Positions 50,729 to 59,875 of a DNA stretch of 64,000 nucleotides are shown here, in pieces. Every line of letters starts with the position of its first letter. Within the stretch, counting starts at the first letter, position 1. A model generated the notes under the pieces. The model saw nothing but the letters and a program-made list of their open reading frames with translations, was not told the origin of the DNA and made no database searches. This DNA is from a virus. The stretch spans positions 1-64,000 of the IMG/VR virus record IMGVR_UViG_3300032249_001455; one strand, given 5' to 3'. A program made the translations under genes and the position numbers.

Positions 50729-50932
50729 ATGACGCTTCCGTACGAAAGGTTCAGGGCGGTCAAGTCCGCAAGGGAGTTCCTGGGAGACCTCCTCGACCCC
50801 AGGAAGACTCCGAGGGTTCCGAAGGACGTCCGCCGCCAGGCTCTTTTCTTATTGAGGCACTATCCCATGGATTACGAGATGGAACATGTGGCGGATCTGG
50901 TTCCGGAACTGTTCTCGAGGAAATTTAAATGA
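50729..50932 (+). CDS. BPSL0761-like small phage protein
   Basis: MT.P.ER.RA....EFL..L....TPRVP..VR..A...LRHYP. Confidence 0.7.
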   Translation: MTLPYERFRAVKSAREFLGDLLDPRKTPRVPKDVRRQALFLLRHYPMDYEMEHVADLVPELFSRKFK

Positions 50933-51135
50933 AATTCGAGGATTTTGTTTCCAAGGTTGATTCCATGTATTCGGATCACAAGGAGCTCAGGTACGGACAG
51001 TCCCTGATGAACGTGCTTTTTGAAGTGTGGCCGGACAAATACAAGGAGGTCACCGGCACCGACGACGATTGCTTCTACGACGACGCCACCGTGAGGCTCA
51101 CCCTCAACAGACTTGAAAAGGAGTGGAAAGAATGA
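50929..51135 (+). CDS. Hypothetical protein
   Basis: R.GQ..MN.L...D.FY motif. Confidence 0.7.
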   Translation: MKFEDFVSKVDSMYSDHKELRYGQSLMNVLFEVWPDKYKEVTGTDDDCFYDDATVRLTLNRLEKEWKE

Positions 51136-51563
51136 GTCCCGAACTAGAACAGAAACTGACAGAAAAGTTCCCCGAGTTGTTCAATGGCAGGTCCAAGCCG
51201 AAGTCGGAGTCGCTCATGGCCTTCGGCTGCGAGCACGGCGACGGATGGTTCAACATAATCCTCTGCGCGTGCGATGCCATAGAAAACCACCTGAAGGCAT
51301 CGGCCTGCAACTCCAGGATGGAAACCCGTTCCGACTACGAGTTCTTCCAGATAAAGGAGAAGTTCGGCACGCTCAGGGTCTATGACAACGGACACGACGA
51401 GTACATAGCCGGCGTCATAAGAATGGCGGAGAACATGAGCGCCTTCACGTGCGAGGTCACGGGAAGACCCGGTCGTCTGTGCAGAAAGGGACACTGGTAC
51501 AGGACTCTCTGCGACGAGCAGGCAGAGAAGGACGGCTACGAGTCCGCGGAGAAGGATGCCTGA
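51132..51563 (+). CDS. Conserved phage hypothetical protein
   Basis: GDGW, QIKEKFG.LR.Y, CE..G.PG, W..TLC motifs. Confidence 0.8.
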   Translation: MSPELEQKLTEKFPELFNGRSKPKSESLMAFGCEHGDGWFNIILCACDAIENHLKASACNSRMETRSDYEFFQIKEKFGTLRVYDNGHDEYIAGVIRMAENMSAFTCEVTGRPGRLCRKGHWYRTLCDEQAEKDGYESAEKDA

Positions 51564-53140
51564 TGCCAACCGCAGTCGATCTCTATTCGGGGGTGGGTGG
51601 CTGGTCTCTAGGACTCAGGATGGCTGGGATAGATGTCGTCTCGTCCTACGAGTGGTGGAACAGGGCCAACGACACTAACCTCCGCAACAACGGCCACAAG
51701 ACCGAGTGCCTGGACATAAGGCAGCTTCCCTCCTCGTCTGTTCCGAAGGTAGACCTGATCGTCGGAAGCCCCCCTTGCACCCACTTCTCCCTCGCCAACA
51801 GGGGAGGCAAGGGAAACATATACGAGGGACTCAAGGATGTGGAGAAGTTCCTTGAGATCGTGGACGCCATAAAACCCCGCTTCTGGGCCATGGAGAACGT
51901 GCCCCGGCTCGCCACGATCATGGAGAGAGAACTCTGTCAGGAGGGCGTGCTGCACAGGTTTGCCGGTCTCAACCCCAGGATCATGGTACTCGACGCCTCC
52001 GAGTGGGGAGTGCCGCAGAGAAGGCAGAGGTGCATCGCGGGCAACTTTGACTTTGACCTCCTCTTCTCCTACCGTGACGGCCTTCCGAACCGCTCCCTCG
52101 GAGACGTGATCTCCTCCCTTTCCTCCGATCCTGTTCAAGACCCCATATACGGGACTTCTCTTCCTCAATCTCGCTTGTTGGATCACGATCCCGAGGACGT
52201 TCTCTCCCCCGAGGAGGAGAGGATAAATCGGGAGATGAAGACATTTCATCCGGTCTACAACAACATGTCGTTTCCCGACGACCCCCACAGGCCTTCTAGG
52301 ACGGTTACGGCGACATGCACTAGGGTTTCGCGTGAAAGTATCGTTGTGTGCACGGAGAAGGGTTTTAGAAGGCTCACTGTGAGGGAACGCGCTTGCCTGC
52401 AGTCCTTTCCCCTAAACTACCAGTTTTACGGGGACAGCCATTCGCAGAAGCTGAAGATGGTGGGCAACGCAGTTCCGCCCCTTCTCTCCTTCTATATAGC
52501 TCAAGCGATGCTCGGAACCCCCGTTTCCAATCTTCTTGACCCCTCTTCCGCAATATCGGTTTTTTCTATCCCTTCGGAATCTCCTGCGAAGACGAAGCCT
52601 GACAAGCCGGGATGCTCCTATTCGGCACAGAGGCGATTCCGCTCCGCAATCCCCCATCTCAGATTCAAAAGTGGCGTCCGTTTTGAACTCGGCAATTCAT
52701 TTGCGGGAAAGTCTCCCGAATGGAGGATCAAGTTCTTTTTCGGCGGGTCAAAAAAGATAGGAGAGGTCGTCCTCGATGACCTGCTCTTGAAGGACATTGA
52801 AAAGGTCAAGGGTGTCAAGTCAAAAATTGCCAAAGCCAGAAAGGCGTGCGATAAGGTCTCTGAAACCATCTCCGGCACCTCCTCCAGCAACCTCCAGCAC
52901 GCATGGACGCACTGCGAGGGAGGTTGCCTGCACCCGCATTCGCTCGTGGACGCCATAGGCGATGCCGTCGGCTCTATGATCGCAGAGGACGCCTCCGGGC
53001 TTTCTTCCGAGGTTGTGCGAGGCGTGATGGCTTCTATGGGCAACCCTCCCGGATGGGAGAAGGTTGTCCGCAACGCCCCCGCCGTGTTCACCGGGCTTCT
53101 GGTGGGTTGCATAGTCAACGGCATGCTGGAGAAATTCTAA
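51563..53140 (+). CDS. DNA (cytosine-5) methyltransferase with C-terminal extension
   Basis: DLYSGVGG, GSPPC, ENV, GVPQ.R.R, R.LT.RE.A.LQSFP, GNAVPP. Confidence 0.92.
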   Translation: MPTAVDLYSGVGGWSLGLRMAGIDVVSSYEWWNRANDTNLRNNGHKTECLDIRQLPSSSVPKVDLIVGSPPCTHFSLANRGGKGNIYEGLKDVEKFLEIVDAIKPRFWAMENVPRLATIMERELCQEGVLHRFAGLNPRIMVLDASEWGVPQRRQRCIAGNFDFDLLFSYRDGLPNRSLGDVISSLSSDPVQDPIYGTSLPQSRLLDHDPEDVLSPEEERINREMKTFHPVYNNMSFPDDPHRPSRTVTATCTRVSRESIVVCTEKGFRRLTVRERACLQSFPLNYQFYGDSHSQKLKMVGNAVPPLLSFYIAQAMLGTPVSNLLDPSSAISVFSIPSESPAKTKPDKPGCSYSAQRRFRSAIPHLRFKSGVRFELGNSFAGKSPEWRIKFFFGGSKKIGEVVLDDLLLKDIEKVKGVKSKIAKARKACDKVSETISGTSSSNLQHAWTHCEGGCLHPHSLVDAIGDAVGSMIAEDASGLSSEVVRGVMASMGNPPGWEKVVRNAPAVFTGLLVGCIVNGMLEKF

Positions 53141-53702
53141 TTAAGACGCGTGAGCAGATCATTGAATCCATGTGTCTCACATGGCGACACGACTACGGGC
53201 TGGACAAGAATGGATTCGGCACTGGCATGACGAATGCAGAACGCAATACTTTATACGCCTCCCGCCAGAAAACCCAGTCCCCTTTAGGGGCTGGGATGAA
53301 TGGCGGTTAACTAAATAAAATTAACACTATAGTAAGTATGAGATTCGGGACGGAATCTTTGTACTTCGGTACTAGAAGCCGACTCCCTTTAGGGGGTCGG
53401 AGCGTTCACGGCGCCAAATGGCACAACTTTTTGACAACGACATCGCCCCCCACATGGATTTCAAAAAGGTTCCGAGAAAGACCGAAATCGTCCACGACGG
53501 CATCATCAAGATTCAGTCTTTCGAACTGACGGAACCTGAAAAGAAGAAGATCGCCCTCGGCCTCAAGTACGGCCCCGCCGCCGCGGCGATGAGGGACGAC
53601 GGCACCTTCTGGGAGTCCGAAACGCCCCCCAAGGAGCCGTGGAGAAGATGGTTGTTCAGGAAATTTCTAGGAACACAGGCTGGAAAGCGGGTTTCATCTT
53701 GA
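53140..53702 (+). pseudogene. Phage gene split by mini-element 1
   Basis: Removing 53255-53409 gives a continuous frame (I)KTREQIIESMCLTWRHDYG...ERNTL-W-RQMAQLFDNDIAPH; start codon reads ATT. Confidence 0.8.
53255..53409 (+). mobile_element. Non-autonomous IS200/IS605-type mini-element, copy 1 (155 bp)
   Basis: After TTTAT, ends TCAC, no TSD, two subterminal hairpins with TTTA loops; near-identical copy at 57386. Confidence 0.9.
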
Positions 53703-54010
53703 AAGAGTCGACTTCACGAATATTCTGGTGTTTGTCTTGGATTGTCAATTTCACTTTGATTTCGCTTGTTATTTCGAACCTGATTGATCCCAAACCGCCC
53801 TTCAAAGACAATCTTCCAGAACCGCCCATACTGAAACTTTCGGACTATCCAAAAACGCAGGAACATTGTAAGGCATGTCCCCAATGCCGGGCGAGATGGG
53901 ATTTGATCGAAAAGAATCAGATCACATGGGACAGCCCCGTCTGCTGCGGCGAAGGATTTGAAATCGGAATGCAGGAATTCATAGAAAAGTTGAAGAAAGT
54001 TGAAAAGTAA
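53699..54010 (+). CDS. Hypothetical membrane-anchored protein with CxxC motif
   Basis: Hydrophobic N-terminus, HCKACPQC; start uncertain. Confidence 0.55.
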   Translation: MKESTSRIFWCLSWIVNFTLISLVISNLIDPKPPFKDNLPEPPILKLSDYPKTQEHCKACPQCRARWDLIEKNQITWDSPVCCGEGFEIGMQEFIEKLKKVEK

Positions 54011-54013
54011 AAC

Positions 54014-54274
54014 ATGTGGAATAGAAACATAAAAGAAATACCGATTGGTACGAGGCTGTTGCTTCTTTCCAAGCCGAAAACGAAAGACAAACGCAGATTT
54101 GTCGCCATCGCCGCCTTGGAGGAGTGGGGCGGCAAGAAAATGCTCATCTACCCCACGGGATACCCGGAACTGATGAGAATGTACGGCTGCAAGAAGGGGG
54201 ACGTGTCTGAATTTGAGGCCTGGGCATATCTTGAGGAAAGTCCACTTGAATCCCGAACAGTCTCCAAGCCGTAG
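54014..54274 (+). CDS. Hypothetical protein
   Basis: 86-aa ORF. Confidence 0.6.
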   Translation: MWNRNIKEIPIGTRLLLLSKPKTKDKRRFVAIAALEEWGGKKMLIYPTGYPELMRMYGCKKGDVSEFEAWAYLEESPLESRTVSKP

Positions 54275-54361
54275 ATTGGGATTGAACCATGACAGAAAAA
54301 TTTGAACCCTACGCCTAAAAGGGACACTCACGACCACGGTCATGTAAAATTCTGAATCATT

Positions 54362-54389
54362 TTGAGATGCCTCTAAAGTCTGTTATAAT
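54362..54389 (+). promoter_or_regulatory. Extended -10 sigma70 promoter
   Basis: TTGAGA-16-TATAAT with TGn extension; GGAGG RBS downstream. Confidence 0.7.
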
Positions 54390-54409
54390 CGGTGCGGAGG
54401 ACTTCCTAA

Positions 54410-54853
54410 ATGGACACTAACTACAAGTCATGGACTATAAACAATATGAATTCCGAATATACATGGGAGATCAAGAGCAAAGATTACAAATGGCCAACGA
54501 CGGTCGCCACCATCCCGGGCGTTACGGTGGCCTCCACCTACTTTGAGCCTCTCCCTTCTCCCACCGAGGAGTCCATGATTGAGGATATTATGAACCGCAC
54601 GGAAGATCGGGGATTCTTCAAGGATGTGGTTGACTGGCTAGACAAAGAGGCTCCGAGGAGACTTCAGAGCGTCCTGAAGGAACTATATTCGCATGTCGGT
54701 TCGGTCACGTACGACCTTTTGTGCGAGGTTCTTTATCGCATAGGATTCAGGACGAGCGAGCTGATAGAGCGAAGGATGATCCTCGGCCCGTCCAACAACT
54801 GGGTGGCGGAATATTTCAAGGACTTCCCTCCCGGCTCAAGGAACGACCCGTGA
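54410..54853 (+). CDS. Hypothetical protein
   Basis: 147 aa, GGAGG RBS. Confidence 0.7.
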   Translation: MDTNYKSWTINNMNSEYTWEIKSKDYKWPTTVATIPGVTVASTYFEPLPSPTEESMIEDIMNRTEDRGFFKDVVDWLDKEAPRRLQSVLKELYSHVGSVTYDLLCEVLYRIGFRTSELIERRMILGPSNNWVAEYFKDFPPGSRNDP

Positions 54854-54933
54854 AAATTCTTGTCACCGGCGGTGCCGGATTCATAGGCAGTCACATTGTG
54901 GACGGCATCCTTTCCTCGGGTCACTCCGTTGAC
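54850..54933 (+). pseudogene. N-terminal remnant of NAD-dependent epimerase/dehydratase
   Basis: GTG-KILVTGGAGFIGSHIVDGILSSGHSV, after which similarity stops. Confidence 0.75.
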
Positions 54934-55237
54934 TCTCAAGAAACGGATCAGGCGGGAAATCCAGGATTCTTTTTCGTTGTTTGCATATTTCTTGCGTCGT
55001 CTTTTCTTTTCTGCGATCAAATTAACAGCGGCCTCCGCCGCATTGCGTGCGTTTTTGTGTTCCATTAAATTGAAACAAAGCATTTCTTGTGCCACAGAAA
55101 AGACCGAATTTTCCGTCAAATGAAAGGGAATGCCATGAAATATAAAGGTTTGTTTTGCTGATGGCTTCAAATATAATGGCCGACGATGATTCTGAGCGGA
55201 GCGCCAAGATCGTTAGTCTTCTCAAAAAGGTCAGGGA

Positions 55238-55825
55238 GTGGATGGAAAGGAGTCTGAGTTGAAAGTTTATATCGGACCCTACAAGAACTGGTGGGGACCA
55301 TACCAGATCGCCGACTTGCTGCGATACGTGGGATTTTCAAAATCCAAAACGCACCGGGTCGGCGAATGGCTCGCGGATACGCCCCTTTCGGACCTGTGCG
55401 AGTGGATACACGCCCGTCGCAAGAGAACCGTTAGGGTCGTGGTTCACGACTACGACGTATGGGGAATGGACAACACCATCGCGCTCATCGCCCTTCCTCT
55501 CCTCAAGAGACTCAAGGAGAAGAAGCATGGTTCCCCTCATGTGGACGACGAAGATGTGCCTGAGCATCTTAGGTCCACGGTCGCCAAGCCCTTGACCGAG
55601 GAGGAGGCGAAAAACGGATACTCGGACAACAACTTCCACCTGCGCTGGGAATGGGTGATTGACGAGATCATCTGGGGGTTTGAGAACATGATCGCGGACG
55701 ACGCGGGCGAGACCGAATTCCACAAGGACGGCAAGTTTGACATAGAGGCCTCTAGGAAGTTCCACGACCGAATCCAGAACGCCATGCGCCTGTTCGGCAA
55801 GTACCTTCAAGGAATGTGGCATTGA
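55238..55825 (+). CDS. Conserved phage hypothetical protein
   Basis: KVYIGPY, D.W.MD.T.A....P.L..LK..KHG.P.VD, LFGKY. Confidence 0.8.
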   Translation: MDGKESELKVYIGPYKNWWGPYQIADLLRYVGFSKSKTHRVGEWLADTPLSDLCEWIHARRKRTVRVVVHDYDVWGMDNTIALIALPLLKRLKEKKHGSPHVDDEDVPEHLRSTVAKPLTEEEAKNGYSDNNFHLRWEWVIDEIIWGFENMIADDAGETEFHKDGKFDIEASRKFHDRIQNAMRLFGKYLQGMWH

Positions 55826-56175
55826 AAATGACAAAACAACCAAGGACATGGTTCATTGACTTCGACGGCACGCTCGTGACCCAGCGGAGCCACATGATGG
55901 AGACCGACACCATCCTCGAGGGAACCAAGGCTTTCTTCGATGAGGTGGTGGATGAACTGGATCATGTGGTCATCACGACCGCGAGGACGTGCGATGACAA
56001 GGAACGCATCGAGAGGTTCCTAGAGTCCCACGGCATAAGGGTCGACCATGTGATATGCGGTCTGCCCACCGGGGCGAGGATGCTCGTCAATGACATGAAG
56101 CCCGACGGAACCAAGACCGCATACGCATTCAACCTAGAGAGGGACAGGGGAATAGACAATGCAATTTTCAAATGA
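55816..56175 (+). CDS. HAD-family phosphatase-like protein
   Basis: FIDFDGT, TTAR, R.LVND motifs. Confidence 0.75.
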   Translation: MALKMTKQPRTWFIDFDGTLVTQRSHMMETDTILEGTKAFFDEVVDELDHVVITTARTCDDKERIERFLESHGIRVDHVICGLPTGARMLVNDMKPDGTKTAYAFNLERDRGIDNAIFK

Positions 56176-56334
56176 AGTCGACATGATTCAGAGCGTCGTC
56201 ATAACATTCAGCGACGGATTTAAGGCGACCTTCTCGGGTCCGGCGGCCTGTTTTGAGGGCGAGGAAAGGCGGATTGAAGATATCTACTTTACTGAGCCGA
56301 AGCCTCTACCCGCCGGCTGCAATTGGGGGACCAC

Positions 56335-56913
56335 ATGAAGACATTCAGCGAATGGGCGGGTAGCCAGCCGACAGAGGAAATGAAGTCTCTGTTTGAGAAA
56401 AGAACCCGTAGACATATTGCTCTCGTGGGCGAATTCTGTGACAGAATCGCAGAGCACGATGGCCGCTTCAAGGAACTTCTGGATAGAAAGAAATTCCACG
56501 ACGACAGCAAGTTCAAGGAGCCGGAGTACACCCCTTACCTGTTCGTGACTTGGAAGTACAAATGCAGGAAGGACGGCGAGGAATTCAAGGTTCCGAAGGA
56601 GATAGAGGACAGGATGCACGAGGCCACCCTCCACCATGTCACCACCAACTCCCACCACCCCGAGTACCACAGCCCGAGGAAGGACGGCCTCATCAACAAG
56701 GAGAACAGGGACGCGCCCCCAGAGGAGATCGTGGATGCCACAAGCATGCCCGAACTCGACATCGCCGAGATGTGTGCCGACTGGATGGCAATGTCCAAGG
56801 AACTCGGCAGCAACCCCAAGGACTGGGCCGACAAGAATGTCAATGTGAGGTGGAAGTTCACAGAAGGACAGAAAAAACTGATCTACGACATCATCGGGGA
56901 GTGCTGGGAATGA
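56335..56913 (+). CDS. DUF5662-like HD-superfamily protein
   Basis: HDDSK, HH...N.HHPEY, D..EM.ADW motifs. Confidence 0.75.
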   Translation: MKTFSEWAGSQPTEEMKSLFEKRTRRHIALVGEFCDRIAEHDGRFKELLDRKKFHDDSKFKEPEYTPYLFVTWKYKCRKDGEEFKVPKEIEDRMHEATLHHVTTNSHHPEYHSPRKDGLINKENRDAPPEEIVDATSMPELDIAEMCADWMAMSKELGSNPKDWADKNVNVRWKFTEGQKKLIYDIIGECWE

Positions 56914-57230
56914 GCCGATACTATTTCAAGGAGCCGAAAAAGGGTCTGTATCCCACTGAGGGGCTTTCCCTGAAGCTCTACAGGCTCCTCACGGAGAAGG
57001 GAAAGGACATGAAGAGGTCGGGCACCTTTTCAAAAGATGCCTGGACACAATATGTCATTTCTTTGGGGTGCGAATTCACAGATGAAACCTTTGTTCTGGA
57101 TTCAGAAAGGGAAATCATATTCCGCGACGAACATCATTTCACCCAGTTGAAGGACAGCAAGGCGTGGGACAGGCTGATAAAGGTTGATTTTGAAACCGCC
57201 ATGAGGATCGCCACCCTAGGGCTGCCGTGA
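56910..57230 (+). CDS. LGxP-motif paralogue 1
   Basis: KLYRLL..K, W.QYV..LG, C-terminus AMRIATLGLP. Confidence 0.75.
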   Translation: MSRYYFKEPKKGLYPTEGLSLKLYRLLTEKGKDMKRSGTFSKDAWTQYVISLGCEFTDETFVLDSEREIIFRDEHHFTQLKDSKAWDRLIKVDFETAMRIATLGLP

Positions 57231-57334
57231 GGAAATAACATGATTAATGCCATAAAAGTTCTCTTCCTGATTGTCTTCCACTTGGGGGTCGCCATGTTCG
57301 CCGACGACGTTTTGGGCTTGTTTCGTTTCGTTTG

Positions 57335-57969
57335 ATGTTCGCAGAAAAACCCCAGACGTTGAAGGCGCCCGACGACGTCATTTATACGCCTCCCGCCCAG
57401 AAAACCCAGTCCCCTTTAGGGGCTGGGATGAATGGCGGTTAACTGTGTAAAAAATAAAAATTAACACTATAGTAAGTATGAGATTCGGGACGGAATCTTT
57501 GTACTTCGGTACTAGAAGCCGACTCCCTTTAGGGGGTCGGAGCGTTCACTACTCAAACGGCGCTTCAGGCACGGTGGAGTCCATACACATAGGAGGGCGA
57601 ACCGAGGTCGTCAAGGTGACGGGGGTCAGGCTGACCAAGCACTCCGGGTATTGCAACAAGACAAAATGGGGAAGGGAGACATGCCTGTGGAGGCTTGACG
57701 CCGACATAGAACAACCCGAGGGGAGGAAGAACTACTTCGCTCCCCATCTAGACGGCATGGTGGACGTGAAGCAGAAATCCGGCCAACTAACCGAGCACGG
57801 GGAACGCCCTTGGGATGCTCTGACCAACATGTGCGTGGGCTGGGACCAGTTGAGATACGCAAACATCGTCTTCAAGGACGACAAACCAGTTTCTTTACAT
57901 TTCACTCATCTGAAGTACAATGGGGAAAAGTGGATTGAAATTGCAAGTTTTGAGGCCGATTTCAAATGA
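57335..57969 (+). pseudogene. Gene interrupted by mini-element 2 (possibly rescued by in-frame ATG at 57478)
   Basis: Removing 57386-57549 gives MFAEKPQTLKAPDDVIY-YSNGASGTVES... in frame. Confidence 0.75.
57386..57549 (+). mobile_element. Non-autonomous IS200/IS605-type mini-element, copy 2 (164 bp)
   Basis: After TTTAT, ends TCAC, no TSD; matches copy 1 apart from 9 nt of indels. Confidence 0.9.
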
Positions 57970-58286
57970 TTTCACAAGAATCTCTAAATTATTGGCTTGT
58001 CATCGTTGTGGCCTACTTGTATTTTTATTCTTGGGTCACCGCCTTCAGGCTCAGGGCGATACTCAAGAAAATAGAGAAAATGGAAGAGTACTGATAATGG
58101 AATCTGCAAGGGAATTCGCGGCGGCTTTCGTCCTAGCCATGGGATTCGCCATGGCTTTCATGTTGGTTGCCACCCCGGTTATTATCTTTTTGACTTGGGC
58201 GCTCCACAGGCTTTTCCCGTCCCCGGACACGGACGACCCGGGTCCGAAGTGAAAAGTCTTCGAAAAAACCCGCACCCGGAAGCCAA

Positions 58287-58655
58287 ATGGAGAGAAGGAT
58301 GAACGCGACGCCGAATATGACGAACGAGCAGAAGACAGAAAAACTGTACGGAATTTTCAGGAACAAACTGGACGAAATAAGGAACAACGCCCGCGTGGGC
58401 CACTCATTCAAAACGCTGGACGCCGACACCGTGAGGAGATATGACAACATCGGTGCCATAATCTCGGACAAAATCGAGGAGTACCTCTCCGAGCAAGGGC
58501 CCCATGTGAGAAGCCTTCACGCCGACAATCTGGTGCATCTCATCAATGAGGGTCCGTTGGACGCGGTTGCGATACGAAACCACGTGAATTACGACAATAT
58601 CATCGTGATTGAAAGGGAATACGCCGAGAAGATACTTGTGCTGGGACTGCCATGA
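58287..58655 (+). CDS. LGxP-motif paralogue 2
   Basis: KLYGIF..K, EYL, ...EYAEKILVLGLP. Confidence 0.75.
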   Translation: MERRMNATPNMTNEQKTEKLYGIFRNKLDEIRNNARVGHSFKTLDADTVRRYDNIGAIISDKIEEYLSEQGPHVRSLHADNLVHLINEGPLDAVAIRNHVNYDNIIVIEREYAEKILVLGLP

Positions 58656-58990
58656 ACGAAGCCGCTGAATTCAACGATGATCGCGGGTGGCATTCGCTCT
58701 TGGGCGGCCGTCGAGCCCCCGACCCCTTCTTGGGCAACGGCCCCATCCACGACCGATTCCAGAATTTTTTGTACGACCAGCACGACCTCGCGAATATTCA
58801 ATTGAAAGAATGGGGCGAATTAGCCTTCAGGAGAAGGATGGAGAAAGCGGGAGCCAGATTTATTCTTCCCGTCGCTAGTCCATGGTCTTCTAAAAAGCCC
58901 AGTGATTGGGTTTTTGATTCTCCCTTTGGCGGATATCTGGTCATAGACAGGGAAGCCGCCGAGAAGATATTGGTTTTAGGCCTGCCATGA
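58652..58990 (+). CDS. LGxP-motif paralogue 3
   Basis: ...EAAEKILVLGLP; ATGA overlap. Confidence 0.75.
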   Translation: MNEAAEFNDDRGWHSLLGGRRAPDPFLGNGPIHDRFQNFLYDQHDLANIQLKEWGELAFRRRMEKAGARFILPVASPWSSKKPSDWVFDSPFGGYLVIDREAAEKILVLGLP

Positions 58991-59310
58991 GAGATCTTTT
59001 TGAAATCGTGAAGGCCGCAAATCAACATCCCCACCACGATGACCCGAGGAAGATGAAGGTCTATGACATTCTTCAAAGAAAGTATACAGACTGCTTTGAA
59101 AACAAAGAGATAAAACAATCAATCAATTTTGACTATTTGGGTCTCGCCAAGGCAAAGATGAAGTGGCATGAATATCTCAAGTCGCTCGGAATGACTTTCA
59201 ACAAGAATGACGGCATCTTTGACCCCTCGTGTCATCTGGAGTGGCAACAAAGGTATATTCAAATTCCCGAAGACATGATGGACAAGATACTGACACTGGG
59301 TCTGCCATGA
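58987..59310 (+). CDS. LGxP-motif paralogue 4
   Basis: KVYDIL..KY, WHEYLKSLG, DP, IPEDMMDKILTLGLP. Confidence 0.8.
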   Translation: MRDLFEIVKAANQHPHHDDPRKMKVYDILQRKYTDCFENKEIKQSINFDYLGLAKAKMKWHEYLKSLGMTFNKNDGIFDPSCHLEWQQRYIQIPEDMMDKILTLGLP

Positions 59311-59555
59311 ACCAAGAAAAGGCCAATCTGATTGAAAATCTTCTCGTTCTTAAATATGATCGGGACTTCTACATGACGACGAAATCATGGGAAGATTATA
59401 TACATTCCATCGGCTGTTCTTTCAGTCCCATAGTCGTGGAGCGCTATGAGGCATATGATCCCGACGTATTAGGGCAGGCGAGCGGAGTGGTGCGTAAAAT
59501 ATACATCCCGTTAGAGATCGGTCTCAAGGTCTTGACTCTCGGAGGTTTCCCGTGA
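59307..59555 (+). CDS. LGxP-motif paralogue 5
   Basis: WEDYI.SIG, DP, IPLEIGLKVLTLGGFP. Confidence 0.8.
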   Translation: MNQEKANLIENLLVLKYDRDFYMTTKSWEDYIHSIGCSFSPIVVERYEAYDPDVLGQASGVVRKIYIPLEIGLKVLTLGGFP

Positions 59556-59842
59556 ATCTTTCGTACGAGACAAAGAAGAAACTGAACGAGATGCTGTGGA
59601 AAAGGTACTTTGAAAAGAGTCGTGGCGAGATTTGGAGTCCGGACAGAAGCGAGTGGAAAGAATACCTGTTCAGTTTGGGCTGTGTTTTGGGAGTAGAGGG
59701 GAATGGGTGGCGACACATGGCTCCTCCGCCCAACAAGATTGAGGGAACCGTGGTGCTTAATGACCCGGCAGACTCGCTCCATGGAGTGGCCTTTCCCAAC
59801 GAGGTTATTACAAGAGTCTTGATTCTCGGAGGTTTCCCGTGA
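59552..59842 (+). CDS. LGxP-motif paralogue 6
   Basis: WKEYLFSLG, DP, FPNEVITRVLILGGFP. Confidence 0.8.
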   Translation: MNLSYETKKKLNEMLWKRYFEKSRGEIWSPDRSEWKEYLFSLGCVLGVEGNGWRHMAPPPNKIEGTVVLNDPADSLHGVAFPNEVITRVLILGGFP

Positions 59843-59875
59843 AAAACAAAATCTACCGCATCTGGGGCTTCTGTC

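Noticed and set aside
53338-53529. 63-aa ORF MRFGTESLYF...
   Set aside because: Starts inside the mini-element and is out of frame with the interrupted gene.
53255-57549. Mini-elements as group I introns/IStrons or CRISPR repeats
   Set aside because: At 155-164 nt they are too short and lack a recognisable group I core; copies are dispersed, not arrayed. RNA-level removal is not formally excluded.
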